Positions 43,725-53,321 of a DNA stretch of 64,000 nt are shown here, in pieces. Numbering within the stretch: the stretch's first letter is position 1; every line of letters starts with the position of its first letter. The stretch is from positions 588,852 to 652,851 of the forward strand of contig OZ242201.1 in the NCBI GenBank assembly GCA_965206105.1, read 5' to 3'. Source of the DNA: Longimicrobiales bacterium (GTDB taxonomy: Bacteria; Gemmatimonadota; Gemmatimonadetes; Longimicrobiales; Gaopeijiaceae). The notes under the pieces are model-generated. The model was not told where the DNA came from. It was given only the letters and a program-made list of their open reading frames with translations, and ran no database searches. Made by a program: the position numbers and the translations under genes.

Positions 43725-46700
43725 ATGACGAACACCCGGACGGTTGCATCCCAACGCAGGTCGATCGACACGGTCGCTGCAACAGGTACCTCGAGCCACG
43801 AGCCGCCGACAGGCATCCCGCCGGGCGCATGGGTAAGGGCGGCGTTGGTGATCCTGTCACTCGCGTGCGTTGGGCCCCAGGTTGCCGATGCGCAACCTCC
43901 TCCTCCAACCGGCAAGCGCTGGGTCCTGGCATGGAGCGAGGACTTCAACGGCTCGTCGCTCGATTGGTCGAAATGGAATCACAGGAGCGAGGCGTCTCGA
44001 GGGGAGCGCGGCCACGGCGGACACCGGATCAAGTGGCGGTACGAGCACGACAACGTCGGTCTCGCGAACGGTCATCTGGTGCTGCGCAATACCCGGCAGT
44101 CGGGTGATGAATACGACCTGGTCAAGGCCGCCGCGATCGACACCAAGGGCAAGTTCGAGCAGACCTACGGGTACTTCGAGGCCAGCATCAGGATCGCCCC
44201 TACCGGAGACGGGATCCACACGGCCTTCTGGCTCCAGAACGACAACCGGCACAGGAAGGCCGGCAACGGCGGTGTCGACGGGCCCTCCGACGGAGCCGAA
44301 ATCGACATCCTCGAGTCGGTGTACACCACCGATCGCTATGCCATGGCCGTTCATTGGGACGGCGGCCGCAGTCAGGTCGAGGAAACCGACTTCCCTCCTT
44401 TGCACGGCGGACAGTTCCATGTCTACGGGCTCGCCTGGACACCGGACAGCTACACCTTCTACGCAGACGGACAACGGAAGGAGCAGATGTTCGATGTCGT
44501 GTCTCATAGTGACGGATACGTCATTCTGTCCACCGGCTTAAGTTGGTTCGCGGGCAATGCGCACACCGGCACGTTCCCCAACGAGGCCCTGGTGGACTGG
44601 GTCCGGGTATACGAGTTGGTGGATGCCCCCGCGATCACCGTGACGGGCAGCGCGAACGTGGGCCGCACGCTGACCGCATCCGCCACCGGCATCCAGGGCG
44701 AGGCCGGATCGGGCACTCCGACGTTCGGGTGGCAATGGCTCGTCAGTGATGGCGACGGCGATTCCTACGCGGAGATTGCCGGAGCCACCGCGACGGAGTA
44801 CACCGTCAGGCCATCCGACCAGGGCAAATCGCTCAAGGTACGCGCCACCTACACCGACGCCGACGATACCCGGCAGACCGTGTACAGCGAGCCACTTCTC
44901 GTGACTCAGCCACCGACAATCACCAGCACCGGCCCATTCACGGTGAACGAGGGCGAGACGGCGGTGGCCACTTTGACGGCGACAGACGGAGATACGAAGG
45001 CCGGGGAACTGGTCTGGTCCGTGCGGGGCGGTGTCGACGGAGACCACTTCACCTTCACCGGAGGCAGCTCGCTCGCCTTCAGGGCCGCCAAGGACTTCGA
45101 GGCGCCCGACGACGGGGATCGCGACGGAAGCTACGAGGTGGTGGTGCGGGTGGGCGACGGCGCGAATACGGCGACCGATACCCTGTCCATCACGCTCGCG
45201 GATGTCGACGACGAGGGTGGTCCCGAGCTCCAATCGGCGAGGGGTGACGGAAGCGCCCTGCTGCTGGTGTTCGACGAGGTACTGGACGCGTCGTCCACGC
45301 CGGCAACGGCGGCCTTCGCGGTAGCTGTGAATCGTGTATCGAAGGCCATTTCGCACGTCCAGCTGGAGAACAACCTGGTCAGGCTGACGCTGACTGGCCC
45401 GCCGCCGGCTTTGGGCGATTCCGTCACCGCAAGCTATACCGTACCGTCATCGAATCCGCTGCGGGACGTCTCGGGTACCCCGGCCGCCTCGGCGACGATC
45501 GAGACCCTCCTGAAGCCGCGGCTGACCGCGCGTTTCGACGCTATTCCAAATGCGCATGGTGGCGCACCCTTTTTGCTCTCGGTGATCTTCAGCGAGGCGA
45601 CCACCGTGGCCTGGAAGGCGATGCGCGACCGCGTCCTGACCGTGAAGAATGGGCGGGTGACCCGTGCGGTACGGCTCAACCACGGTGGTCCCGAGAACGC
45701 GGCCTGGCAGGTCACGATCGAGCCGGCTGGCGGCGACGTGACCGTCGAGCTGCCGACGACGACGGATTGCGGGGCTGGCGACGCGGTGTGCACGGAAGAT
45801 GAACGCCCCCTGATCGAGGCCGTGACGGCGACGATAGCCCAGGGGACCGTCCCTCCGCTGACGGCGGAGTTCTCGGAGGCACCTGGTGAGCATGACGGAT
45901 CGGAGGGCTTTACGGTCAGGCTCAACTTCACCGCGGCGGTCAACGTGACCGAGACGGCACTGCGCACCAGGACGCTGAGCGTGAGCGGCGGTCGGGTAGA
46001 GTCGGCGGAGCATGAAATCGGACGCCGCGACCGGTGGTTGCTGACAATCGCGCCGACATCGCTCGAGGACGTGACTGTGGCACTCTCATCACCGGCTTCC
46101 TGCGGCGAAGCGGACGCGGTGTGCGCGCCGGACGGGCGCAAGCTGTCTGCCGGCGCGGATGTCCGCGTCAAGGGACCGGCGAGCATTCCGCTTACGGCGT
46201 GGTGGCGGCCGTACTACCGGAAGCACGACGGCTCGAAGGTGTTCACGCTCAACGCCGAGTTCAGCTGGCCGGTGGCGACCTCGCGCGAGGCCGTGCGGGA
46301 TGCCGTCCAGGTTACCAACGGCGAGGCCACCGATGCGTTTCCCAGAGAGAATCAGCCAAAGGTCTGGGTGTTCCGGATCAAGCCGCTGTACAACGAGACG
46401 GTGCGCGTCACGTTGCTGCCGGCCAGCGACTGCGCCGCCGAGGGGGCGATCTGCACCGACGACGGGCGTCCGCTGTCGAGCACGGCGCTTTGGGATGTCC
46501 TGCCCAGGAACCCGAACGCGGTGGACGAGACCGCGCCGGAAGTGCAGGGTGCGGAGGTGGACGGCGCGCACCTCGTATTGCTGTACAACGAGGGGCTCGA
46601 CGAGGCCTCCACGCCCGAGGCGGGCGCCTTTGCCGTGACGGTGGAAGGCCAGGCGCGTGACCTGGCGGCGAACGATCCGGTTGCAGTGGACGGGCGGCGG

Positions 46701-49688
46701 GTGCGGTTGACGCTCGCATCGGCGGTCGGGCACGGCGACACGGTGACGGTGAGCTACACGGTGCCGAGTTCGAACCCGGTGCAGGACAGGGCCGGGAATA
46801 CGGCGGCCGCGTTGAGTGATGAGGCGGCGACCAACCATACGCCCCAGGACACACCGGCAGGCGACACCACCGCGCCGGAGCTTCAGGGCGCCGAGGCGAG
46901 CACGGACTCGGTGGTGCTGACCTACAGCGAGGCGCTCGACGAGTCCTCGACGCCCGCGGCGGCGGCGTTCGCGGTGACGGTGGCGGGCGAAGCGCGGAGC
47001 CTTGCGGCGACAGGCCCCGTGGCGGTGAGCGGATCGACCGTGACGCTGGCGCTCGACTCGGCGGCGGCGCCCGGCGACACGGTTGAAGTGAGCTACACCC
47101 CGCCGTCCGCCGACGCCCTGCAGGACACCGCAGGCAACCGCGCGGCTTCGGCGACGATCGCGGCCGGCGTCCCCGCGGACACGGTGGTGACGCCCGTGGT
47201 GACGGTGCCGCTGACGGCGGAGTTCCAGGGGCTTCCGGAGCGTCACGACGGCGGGCCGTTCACCTTCCAGCTGGTGTTCAGCGAGGAGTTCTCGATCAGC
47301 TACGCGCTGCTGCGGGGTACCGACTCGGAGCCCGGCGCGATCTCGGTGACGGGCGGCGGCGTGACGGGGGCGGGTCGCGTGGTGGCGGGCGAGAACCGGC
47401 AATGGAACATCACCGTCGAGCCGGGCGGCACGGGGGATGTGACGATCACGCTGCCGGAGACGACGGACTGCGGGGCGAGCGGCGCGATCTGCACGGGGGA
47501 CAGCCGGCCGCTCTCGGCGACGGTCACGGCGACGGTCGCGGGCGAGACGCACGTCCCGGCGCCCGAACTGACGCTGGCCGGCGCGAGCGCGACGGAGGGG
47601 AACGCGACGGCGGACTTCGCGGTGACACTGAGCCGCGCTGCGACGGACACGGTGACGGTCGACTACGCGACCTCGGACGGCACCGCGGCGGCCGGGACGG
47701 ACTACACGGCCACGTCGGGCACGCTCACCTTCGCAGCGGGCGACACGGCGAAGACGGTGTCGGTGCCGGTGCTTGACGATGCCGTCGACGAGGAGGACGA
47801 GACGTTCACGCTCACCCTGAGCAACGCCTCCGGTGCGAGCCTCGCCGACACTGCGGCGACCGGGACGATCGCTGACAACGACACCACCGCAACGCCGCTG
47901 ACGGCGACCTTCGAGGACATGCCGGCGTCGCACGACGGCAGCCGAATCAGCTTCGGGCTGACCTTCAGCGAGGAGTTCAGCGTCAGCTACCAGAAGCTGC
48001 GCGACGAGGCCTTCGAGGTGACGGGCGGCACGGTCTTCGGCGCCCAGCGCAAGGAGACGGGCAGCAACCGCCGCTGGACGATCTCGGTCGATCCGGACTC
48101 GGCGGACATAGCGGTGACGATCACGCTCCCCGAAACGGCGGACTGCAATGCGGCCGGCGCGATCTGCGCGGAGGAGAACCGGCGGCTGTCGCAATCGCTG
48201 ACGGCGACGGTCGAGGGCGAGGCGGCGGCCGTCCCGTCGCTTGCCGTGGGCGAGGCGAGCGCCACGGAGGGCGACGAGGTCACGTTCACGGTGTCGCTGT
48301 CAGCCGCGAGCAGCCGGCAGGTGACGGTCGACTACGCGACCTCGGGTGGGACGGCCGTGAGCGGAACCGACTTCACGGCGGCGTCGGGGACGCTGACCTT
48401 CGCCGCGGGTGACAGCTCAAGGACGGTGAGCGTCGCAACGGCCGACGACACGGTGGACGAGAACGACGAGTCATTCACGCTGACCTTGAGCAACGCCTCC
48501 GGTGCGACGCTCGGCAACACCACGGCCACCGGCACGATCGTCGACAACGACACCACCACCGCAACGCCGCTGACGGCGACCTTCGAGAACATGCCGGAGA
48601 CGCACCACGACATTGCGTTCGAATTCGCGCTGAAGTTCAGCGAGGAATTCCCGATCAGCTACAAGACGTTGCGCGACGGTGCGTTCAACGTCACGGGCGG
48701 CGAGGTGACAGGTGCGCGGCGCCGGCTGAGGAGCAGCAACCTCATCTGGTTCATCCAAGTCGATCCGGCCTCGGCGAACGACACGGTGACGATCACGCTG
48801 CGGGAGACGACGGACTGCGATGCGGCCCGCGCGATCTGCACGGCGGACAACCGGCCGCTGTCGCACTCGCTGACGGACACGGTCATCGACGCGGCCTCGT
48901 CGGCCTCGAGTGACATGACAAGCGGGGATGTCGCGGACGACGCGGCCGAGGCGCTGATCGTCGCCGGCGGGATCAGTCCCGACGAGGCCGCCGCGGCATT
49001 GTTCGGGGAGGCGGTGCCGGGCGGACAGCGGCTGGAGGCGCTGGACCGGCTCGGCAACCGGAACGGGCGATACGACCTCGGCGACCTGCTCTCCTGGATC
49101 GATCGCTGCCGGCGGGGCGAGGTGCGCTGCGGCGGCACGCCCGCCGGCTCCGAGGGGTCGGCGGCATCCGCCGCCCTGCTGGCAGCTACGGGCCCGGGCT
49201 GGAGGAAGTTCGGGCAACCGCGCAGGCGGAGGCGCGATTCCGGCCCCGGAGGCCGAGCGCCGGCTCACCGGGCGGGCCGAAGAAAGGACCCGGTGCGATG
49301 GGCACTCGCCGCGCTGTTGGTCGCCGCCGTCGCCTGGTCATGCACCGGCGACCTGACCGGACCGGGCGCACCGGAGCAGGATCCCGGTTTCGTGACGGTG
49401 CAACTCGGCGTCCCGGCCGCCCATCGCGCCACAGGTGTCCTGCTGGAGCTGGAGGGCCCCGGCATCGAAGCGGTGCGGGCTCCGGACCGAGAGCTGTATC
49501 AGTCCGAATCACCGGGCCGGCATCAGGTCATCGTGGCGGGCTCCGTGACCACGGGTCCCCTGATGCGGTTCCGCGTTCCGGACCGCAACCGGCTCCCCCT
49601 GTACCGGGTCCGCGTCGTGCAGGTTGCGGGGGAGGACTACGGGCTCAGGGACCCCGGCGACTACAGGGCCGTGATCACGTCGAACTGA
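43725..49688 (+). CDS. giant modular surface protein 4 (GH16-like, Ig-like, cadherin-like, Big_5-like, two-Cys repeat x6, Calx-beta x2, diverged C-terminal cassette)
   Basis: ORF 43665..49688; the start is ATG 43725 or 43665. Signal AWVRAALVILSLACVGPQVADAQ. GH16 motif EIDILE. Calx-beta signatures. Confidence 0.85.
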   Translation: MTNTRTVASQRRSIDTVAATGTSSHEPPTGIPPGAWVRAALVILSLACVGPQVADAQPPPPTGKRWVLAWSEDFNGSSLDWSKWNHRSEASRGERGHGGHRIKWRYEHDNVGLANGHLVLRNTRQSGDEYDLVKAAAIDTKGKFEQTYGYFEASIRIAPTGDGIHTAFWLQNDNRHRKAGNGGVDGPSDGAEIDILESVYTTDRYAMAVHWDGGRSQVEETDFPPLHGGQFHVYGLAWTPDSYTFYADGQRKEQMFDVVSHSDGYVILSTGLSWFAGNAHTGTFPNEALVDWVRVYELVDAPAITVTGSANVGRTLTASATGIQGEAGSGTPTFGWQWLVSDGDGDSYAEIAGATATEYTVRPSDQGKSLKVRATYTDADDTRQTVYSEPLLVTQPPTITSTGPFTVNEGETAVATLTATDGDTKAGELVWSVRGGVDGDHFTFTGGSSLAFRAAKDFEAPDDGDRDGSYEVVVRVGDGANTATDTLSITLADVDDEGGPELQSARGDGSALLLVFDEVLDASSTPATAAFAVAVNRVSKAISHVQLENNLVRLTLTGPPPALGDSVTASYTVPSSNPLRDVSGTPAASATIETLLKPRLTARFDAIPNAHGGAPFLLSVIFSEATTVAWKAMRDRVLTVKNGRVTRAVRLNHGGPENAAWQVTIEPAGGDVTVELPTTTDCGAGDAVCTEDERPLIEAVTATIAQGTVPPLTAEFSEAPGEHDGSEGFTVRLNFTAAVNVTETALRTRTLSVSGGRVESAEHEIGRRDRWLLTIAPTSLEDVTVALSSPASCGEADAVCAPDGRKLSAGADVRVKGPASIPLTAWWRPYYRKHDGSKVFTLNAEFSWPVATSREAVRDAVQVTNGEATDAFPRENQPKVWVFRIKPLYNETVRVTLLPASDCAAEGAICTDDGRPLSSTALWDVLPRNPNAVDETAPEVQGAEVDGAHLVLLYNEGLDEASTPEAGAFAVTVEGQARDLAANDPVAVDGRRVRLTLASAVGHGDTVTVSYTVPSSNPVQDRAGNTAAALSDEAATNHTPQDTPAGDTTAPELQGAEASTDSVVLTYSEALDESSTPAAAAFAVTVAGEARSLAATGPVAVSGSTVTLALDSAAAPGDTVEVSYTPPSADALQDTAGNRAASATIAAGVPADTVVTPVVTVPLTAEFQGLPERHDGGPFTFQLVFSEEFSISYALLRGTDSEPGAISVTGGGVTGAGRVVAGENRQWNITVEPGGTGDVTITLPETTDCGASGAICTGDSRPLSATVTATVAGETHVPAPELTLAGASATEGNATADFAVTLSRAATDTVTVDYATSDGTAAAGTDYTATSGTLTFAAGDTAKTVSVPVLDDAVDEEDETFTLTLSNASGASLADTAATGTIADNDTTATPLTATFEDMPASHDGSRISFGLTFSEEFSVSYQKLRDEAFEVTGGTVFGAQRKETGSNRRWTISVDPDSADIAVTITLPETADCNAAGAICAEENRRLSQSLTATVEGEAAAVPSLAVGEASATEGDEVTFTVSLSAASSRQVTVDYATSGGTAVSGTDFTAASGTLTFAAGDSSRTVSVATADDTVDENDESFTLTLSNASGATLGNTTATGTIVDNDTTTATPLTATFENMPETHHDIAFEFALKFSEEFPISYKTLRDGAFNVTGGEVTGARRRLRSSNLIWFIQVDPASANDTVTITLRETTDCDAARAICTADNRPLSHSLTDTVIDAASSASSDMTSGDVADDAAEALIVAGGISPDEAAAALFGEAVPGGQRLEALDRLGNRNGRYDLGDLLSWIDRCRRGEVRCGGTPAGSEGSAASAALLAATGPGWRKFGQPRRRRRDSGPGGRAPAHRAGRRKDPVRWALAALLVAAVAWSCTGDLTGPGAPEQDPGFVTVQLGVPAAHRATGVLLELEGPGIEAVRAPDRELYQSESPGRHQVIVAGSVTTGPLMRFRVPDRNRLPLYRVRVVQVAGEDYGLRDPGDYRAVITSN

Positions 49689-49745
49689 ACGGACCCCGGC
49701 TGACAGGGGGCTCCAGACGCGCGCTGGATGTACGAGGTCGGGCGT

Positions 49746-50303
49746 TCAGGCGGTCGCCGGCAGGACGCCCGCCACCGGGTCGTCCACCAGCTCACCAACG
49801 GCTCCCCCGCCAAGCGCGACCTGAAGCTGCCACGGCTCGAAGGCCGCAACGCCCAGGGTACCGGCTTCCGCCAGCAATCCCCGGTGGCCGGTGCACAGCG
49901 CGCGGGAAAGTTCCATCAAAGCCGAGCGCTCCGGACGCGAGAGGTCCTCGAAAACCTTGATCCGCACACGGTGTTGCTCGCGTTGCCGCAAACCCGGGTG
50001 CCGCCCGGAGCGGTCCCGCACGAGCCACGCGTCCGGCCCGCTACCGGCGGTGTCGATGAGGACAACACCCAGCGGCGTTTCGGCCATGATCGCATCACAG
50101 ATCCGCGCCCACCACAGGACCTCGGCGTTCGCACCGTCTTCCATCATCGGCTCATCGGCCAGCCGCGTGGGCACCACCAGGACGTAGCCCCGCCGCATTC
50201 CCGCCTCGTGGAGGCGTCGGAGGGCGGCGGCGAGTTCCAGCGGTCCGCAGCGGCATTCGGGACCGGGGACGGCCAGCCAGGAGATGACGTTGGATGGTTG
50301 CAT
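49746..50303 (-). CDS. hypothetical protein
   Basis: The 185-aa ORF has strong G/C third-position bias and protein-like composition. No motif recognised. Confidence 0.45.
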   Translation of the reverse strand: MQPSNVISWLAVPGPECRCGPLELAAALRRLHEAGMRRGYVLVVPTRLADEPMMEDGANAEVLWWARICDAIMAETPLGVVLIDTAGSGPDAWLVRDRSGRHPGLRQREQHRVRIKVFEDLSRPERSALMELSRALCTGHRGLLAEAGTLGVAAFEPWQLQVALGGGAVGELVDDPVAGVLPATA

Positions 50304-50412
50304 CCATCAACGATCGCGGGCACGATTGGTGATTTCCGCGACGATTCGGTAACGAATGTGTCACGGGCCACTCGGCGCGGCAGACCCTGTCCGCCGAGCG
50401 AGCCAGCCCCGG

Positions 50413-52293
50413 CTACATCTCCGGAGCAAGCTCCCGGTGCCAGAACCCATCCCTCCGGGCAAGCACCAACTCCAGGCGGCCCTCCATCAGATCCGCCAGA
50501 AGTCGCGGTGAGAGCTCGACCGCGCCCACCGTCTCCACCTCCCCGGGACCACCCAGCCGCAGCACCACCACCCCCTCCCCCTCCTCCGCGACGCGGCGCA
50601 GCACGGACCCGTACACGTCGGCCGGCTCCGCATCGAGAAAGGCGATCCGGTAGGAGAGCTGCCCGCGCGGGAGGTCGACCTCCATCTCGACCGACGCGAT
50701 GGCGGTGCCCCTCTGCACGGCTGCGTCGGCAGCATCGCTGTCAGCGGCAACGGCTCCGTCCTTGAGCGCAATCCGCACCGGCGGGGGAACCGCCCCATCC
50801 ACGAGCGGCGGCGTCCGCAGCGGAGCCCGCCGCCTGGGCGCCGCGGACTCGAACGCGAACGCCATCCCGACCAGGCGGGCATCGTCCAGCGTCCGGCCCA
50901 GCAGCTCCAGCCCGACAGGCAGTCCGCTCTCCGTGAACCCGGCCGGGATGGAGAGCGCGGGCAATCCCGAATGCGCGCTCAGGGAGCAGGTCGCGCCGGC
51001 CGGAGCCGCGCCGATCAGCGCGGTTTCCTGCCGCATGGTCGGGTAGGCGAGCGCGTCGAGATCCTCCCGGTCCATGAGGCCGGTCACCGCCGCGGCGAGG
51101 GCGCGCCGGCGCTCCAGGGTCTCGGCCAGCTCTGGGGTCTCCCGCTCCTCGCGCGCGTTGCGGCGCCGGAAGGTGCGGTCCAGCGCCTCATGATGCAGTC
51201 CCATCTCGATGATCTCGCCCAGCGAGATGACGGGCGCGCCCGGGATCCCGGCCAGGTAGTCCGCCAGATCGAACTTGAAGTCGAAGTCGATGAGCCCCGT
51301 GCCCGACAGCACGCCATCCGGCAGCGACACGTCCACCACGGTCGCCCCCAGCCCCTCCATCTCCTCCAGCGCACCGCGGATCACCCGCACCACGCTCCCG
51401 GCGCTCCCCTCCTCGATGTCCAGCGCCCCAATCCGCGCGCCCTCCAGCGCACCCGCATCGAGCGCGTCGCGGAAGGCCGGCACCTCCCGCCCCTCCAGGA
51501 TCGCGGTCGCGGGGTCGGCCGAATCCATCCCCACCGTCGCGTCCAGCGCAATGGCCAGATCGGTCACCGTGCGCGCCAGCGGACCGCCCGTGTCCTGCGA
51601 GTGCGAGAGCGGCAGAATCCCGTCGATGCTCGACAGGCCCTTCGTGGGACGCAGCCCGAAGAGGTTGTGCACCGCGGACGGAATCCGGATCGACCCGCAG
51701 GTATCGGTGCCCCAACCCACCGCCGCGAAGCTGGCCGCGACGGCCGCGCCCGTTCCCCCCGAGCTGCCGCCCGGATTGCGGGCCGGATCATACGGATTCC
51801 GCGTCTGCCCGCCCAGCGAACTGATCGTGGTGATGCCCGCCGCCAGTTCGTGGAGATTCGTCTTCCCCACGATGACAGCACCCGCCTCCCGCAGCCGGGC
51901 CACCTGAAAGGCATCGTCAGGCGGCTGGAGCCCCGCCAGCGCCAGACTCGACCCCGTCGTGGGCATCCACGAGACATCGTAGTTGTCCTTCATCAGCACC
52001 GGGATTCCGTGCAACGGCCCGCGCACCGTGCCCGCCGCGCGCTCGGCATCGAGCGAGTCCGCCTGCGCCCGCGCCCGCGGATTGAGGCGGATGATGGTGT
52101 TGAGCGCCGGGCCCGCCCGGTCGTAGGCCCGGATTCGCTCAAGGTACAGGTCGACGAGTTGAGCCGAGGTGACGCGGCCCTCCAGCATCGCGGCCTGCAG
52201 CTCGACAATGGACGCCTCGGCCACTTCGAAGCCGGCATCGTCCGGCGGCGCGCAGGCCAGGAACAGCAGGCAGGCGAGGAGTGCGTGCTTCAC
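50413..52293 (-). CDS. amidase (amidase-signature family) lipoprotein with ~150-aa C-terminal extension
   Basis: GTG start in a GTGA overlap with the upstream stop. Lipobox LFLAC. AS motifs GGSSGG and GTDTCGSIRIPS. Confidence 0.85.
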   Translation of the reverse strand: MKHALLACLLFLACAPPDDAGFEVAEASIVELQAAMLEGRVTSAQLVDLYLERIRAYDRAGPALNTIIRLNPRARAQADSLDAERAAGTVRGPLHGIPVLMKDNYDVSWMPTTGSSLALAGLQPPDDAFQVARLREAGAVIVGKTNLHELAAGITTISSLGGQTRNPYDPARNPGGSSGGTGAAVAASFAAVGWGTDTCGSIRIPSAVHNLFGLRPTKGLSSIDGILPLSHSQDTGGPLARTVTDLAIALDATVGMDSADPATAILEGREVPAFRDALDAGALEGARIGALDIEEGSAGSVVRVIRGALEEMEGLGATVVDVSLPDGVLSGTGLIDFDFKFDLADYLAGIPGAPVISLGEIIEMGLHHEALDRTFRRRNAREERETPELAETLERRRALAAAVTGLMDREDLDALAYPTMRQETALIGAAPAGATCSLSAHSGLPALSIPAGFTESGLPVGLELLGRTLDDARLVGMAFAFESAAPRRRAPLRTPPLVDGAVPPPVRIALKDGAVAADSDAADAAVQRGTAIASVEMEVDLPRGQLSYRIAFLDAEPADVYGSVLRRVAEEGEGVVVLRLGGPGEVETVGAVELSPRLLADLMEGRLELVLARRDGFWHRELAPEM

Positions 52294-53318
52294 AGCGTCA
52301 GCGCCACCGCGCCGATAAATGCCGGAATGAGCATACTCGAATACAGAATGAGCGCGAGGAGTCCCTTGATCACGGTCCATATCCATCCGTCCCGGTAGAA
52401 GTGCCGCATGGCCGCCAGCGTGTAGTACAGCACCCACAACGATGTGGCAAGCCAGACCACGTTGGCGACGACGCCCGCGGGGAGCAGGAGGGGAATGGCG
52501 GACGCGAGCAGAGCGAACGTCTGAAGATGAATCTGGAAGACCAGGTGCTCGACGAAGTACCGCTTCTTTCTGAATTGGATGATTGCGAACACGAGGGCCT
52601 GGAAGGGCAGCAGGCAAAGGTAGGAGACCGACAGGTTCCCAATGACCCGTTCCATGAAGAACACGGGATCATGCACAAAGTCGATCATCAGGCTCCAGAG
52701 TGCCTTCTCCAGCCAGCCCGTTTCGCCCGGGGCCCTCGGTTCCATGTCCCCGGACAAGCTGAGGATCATTCCAACGCCGGCAGCTTCGCCGGGCCGGCTC
52801 AGGATATCGTCCAGCTTCTGCCGGTACCGCGGTTCCAATCGCGTCTTGAGGGCGTCGACCTGCGCCTGGTCGGGAGCGAGATCGTCAAGCACGGCGTCGG
52901 TCCCGTCGCCCACACCTGCACTATCTGCCGCCAGGTTTCCGCGGGACACATCGAACGACACCGATGGGTCGATGGTCCCCGTGTCCACGCCGCCGAAGAA
53001 TGCCCGCGCGAACGCGAAGAAGTAGAGGATCGTCGCGAACAGGTACATCCGCACCGGCGACATGTAGTTCGCACGGTGGTTGCGCGAGAACTCGGCGGAC
53101 AGACGCCCCGGGCGGATCAGCTGCTTCAGGGTCTGCAGCAGCTTCGAGTCCACTTCGAGGGTCTCCCGCAGGAGGTCGCCCATGACGGACCACGCGGAGC
53201 GGATGTAGTTCCGGTCGTTCTGCCCGCAGTAGCCGCAGAAGCGTTCCCCGCGCGGGCGGCCGCAGTTGAGGCAGGCGGGGCCGGGATCGGGGGTGGATTC
53301 GGGCGCGGATTCAGACAT
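52290..53318 (-). CDS. DUF3667-like zinc-ribbon membrane protein (paralog 2)
   Basis: CLNCG...FCGYCGQ zinc ribbon, then the RSAWSVMGDL...RPGRLSAEFSRNHRANYMSP block and TM helices. Confidence 0.8.
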   Translation of the reverse strand: MSESAPESTPDPGPACLNCGRPRGERFCGYCGQNDRNYIRSAWSVMGDLLRETLEVDSKLLQTLKQLIRPGRLSAEFSRNHRANYMSPVRMYLFATILYFFAFARAFFGGVDTGTIDPSVSFDVSRGNLAADSAGVGDGTDAVLDDLAPDQAQVDALKTRLEPRYRQKLDDILSRPGEAAGVGMILSLSGDMEPRAPGETGWLEKALWSLMIDFVHDPVFFMERVIGNLSVSYLCLLPFQALVFAIIQFRKKRYFVEHLVFQIHLQTFALLASAIPLLLPAGVVANVVWLATSLWVLYYTLAAMRHFYRDGWIWTVIKGLLALILYSSMLIPAFIGAVALTL

Positions 53319-53321
53319 GCG

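Noticed and set aside
25316-49688. Periodic repeats that could suggest a CRISPR array or satellite.
   Set aside because: The repeats are 300-700 bp coding modules in one continuous reading frame (Calx-beta and the two-Cys domain). There is no short repeat/spacer structure and no cas genes.
25316-49688. A diversity-generating retroelement acting on the repeat modules.
   Set aside because: There is no reverse transcriptase or template repeat. Differences between near-identical copies are not adenine-specific: of the 10 mismatches between the 849-bp cassettes, most are C/T or G/A at various bases.
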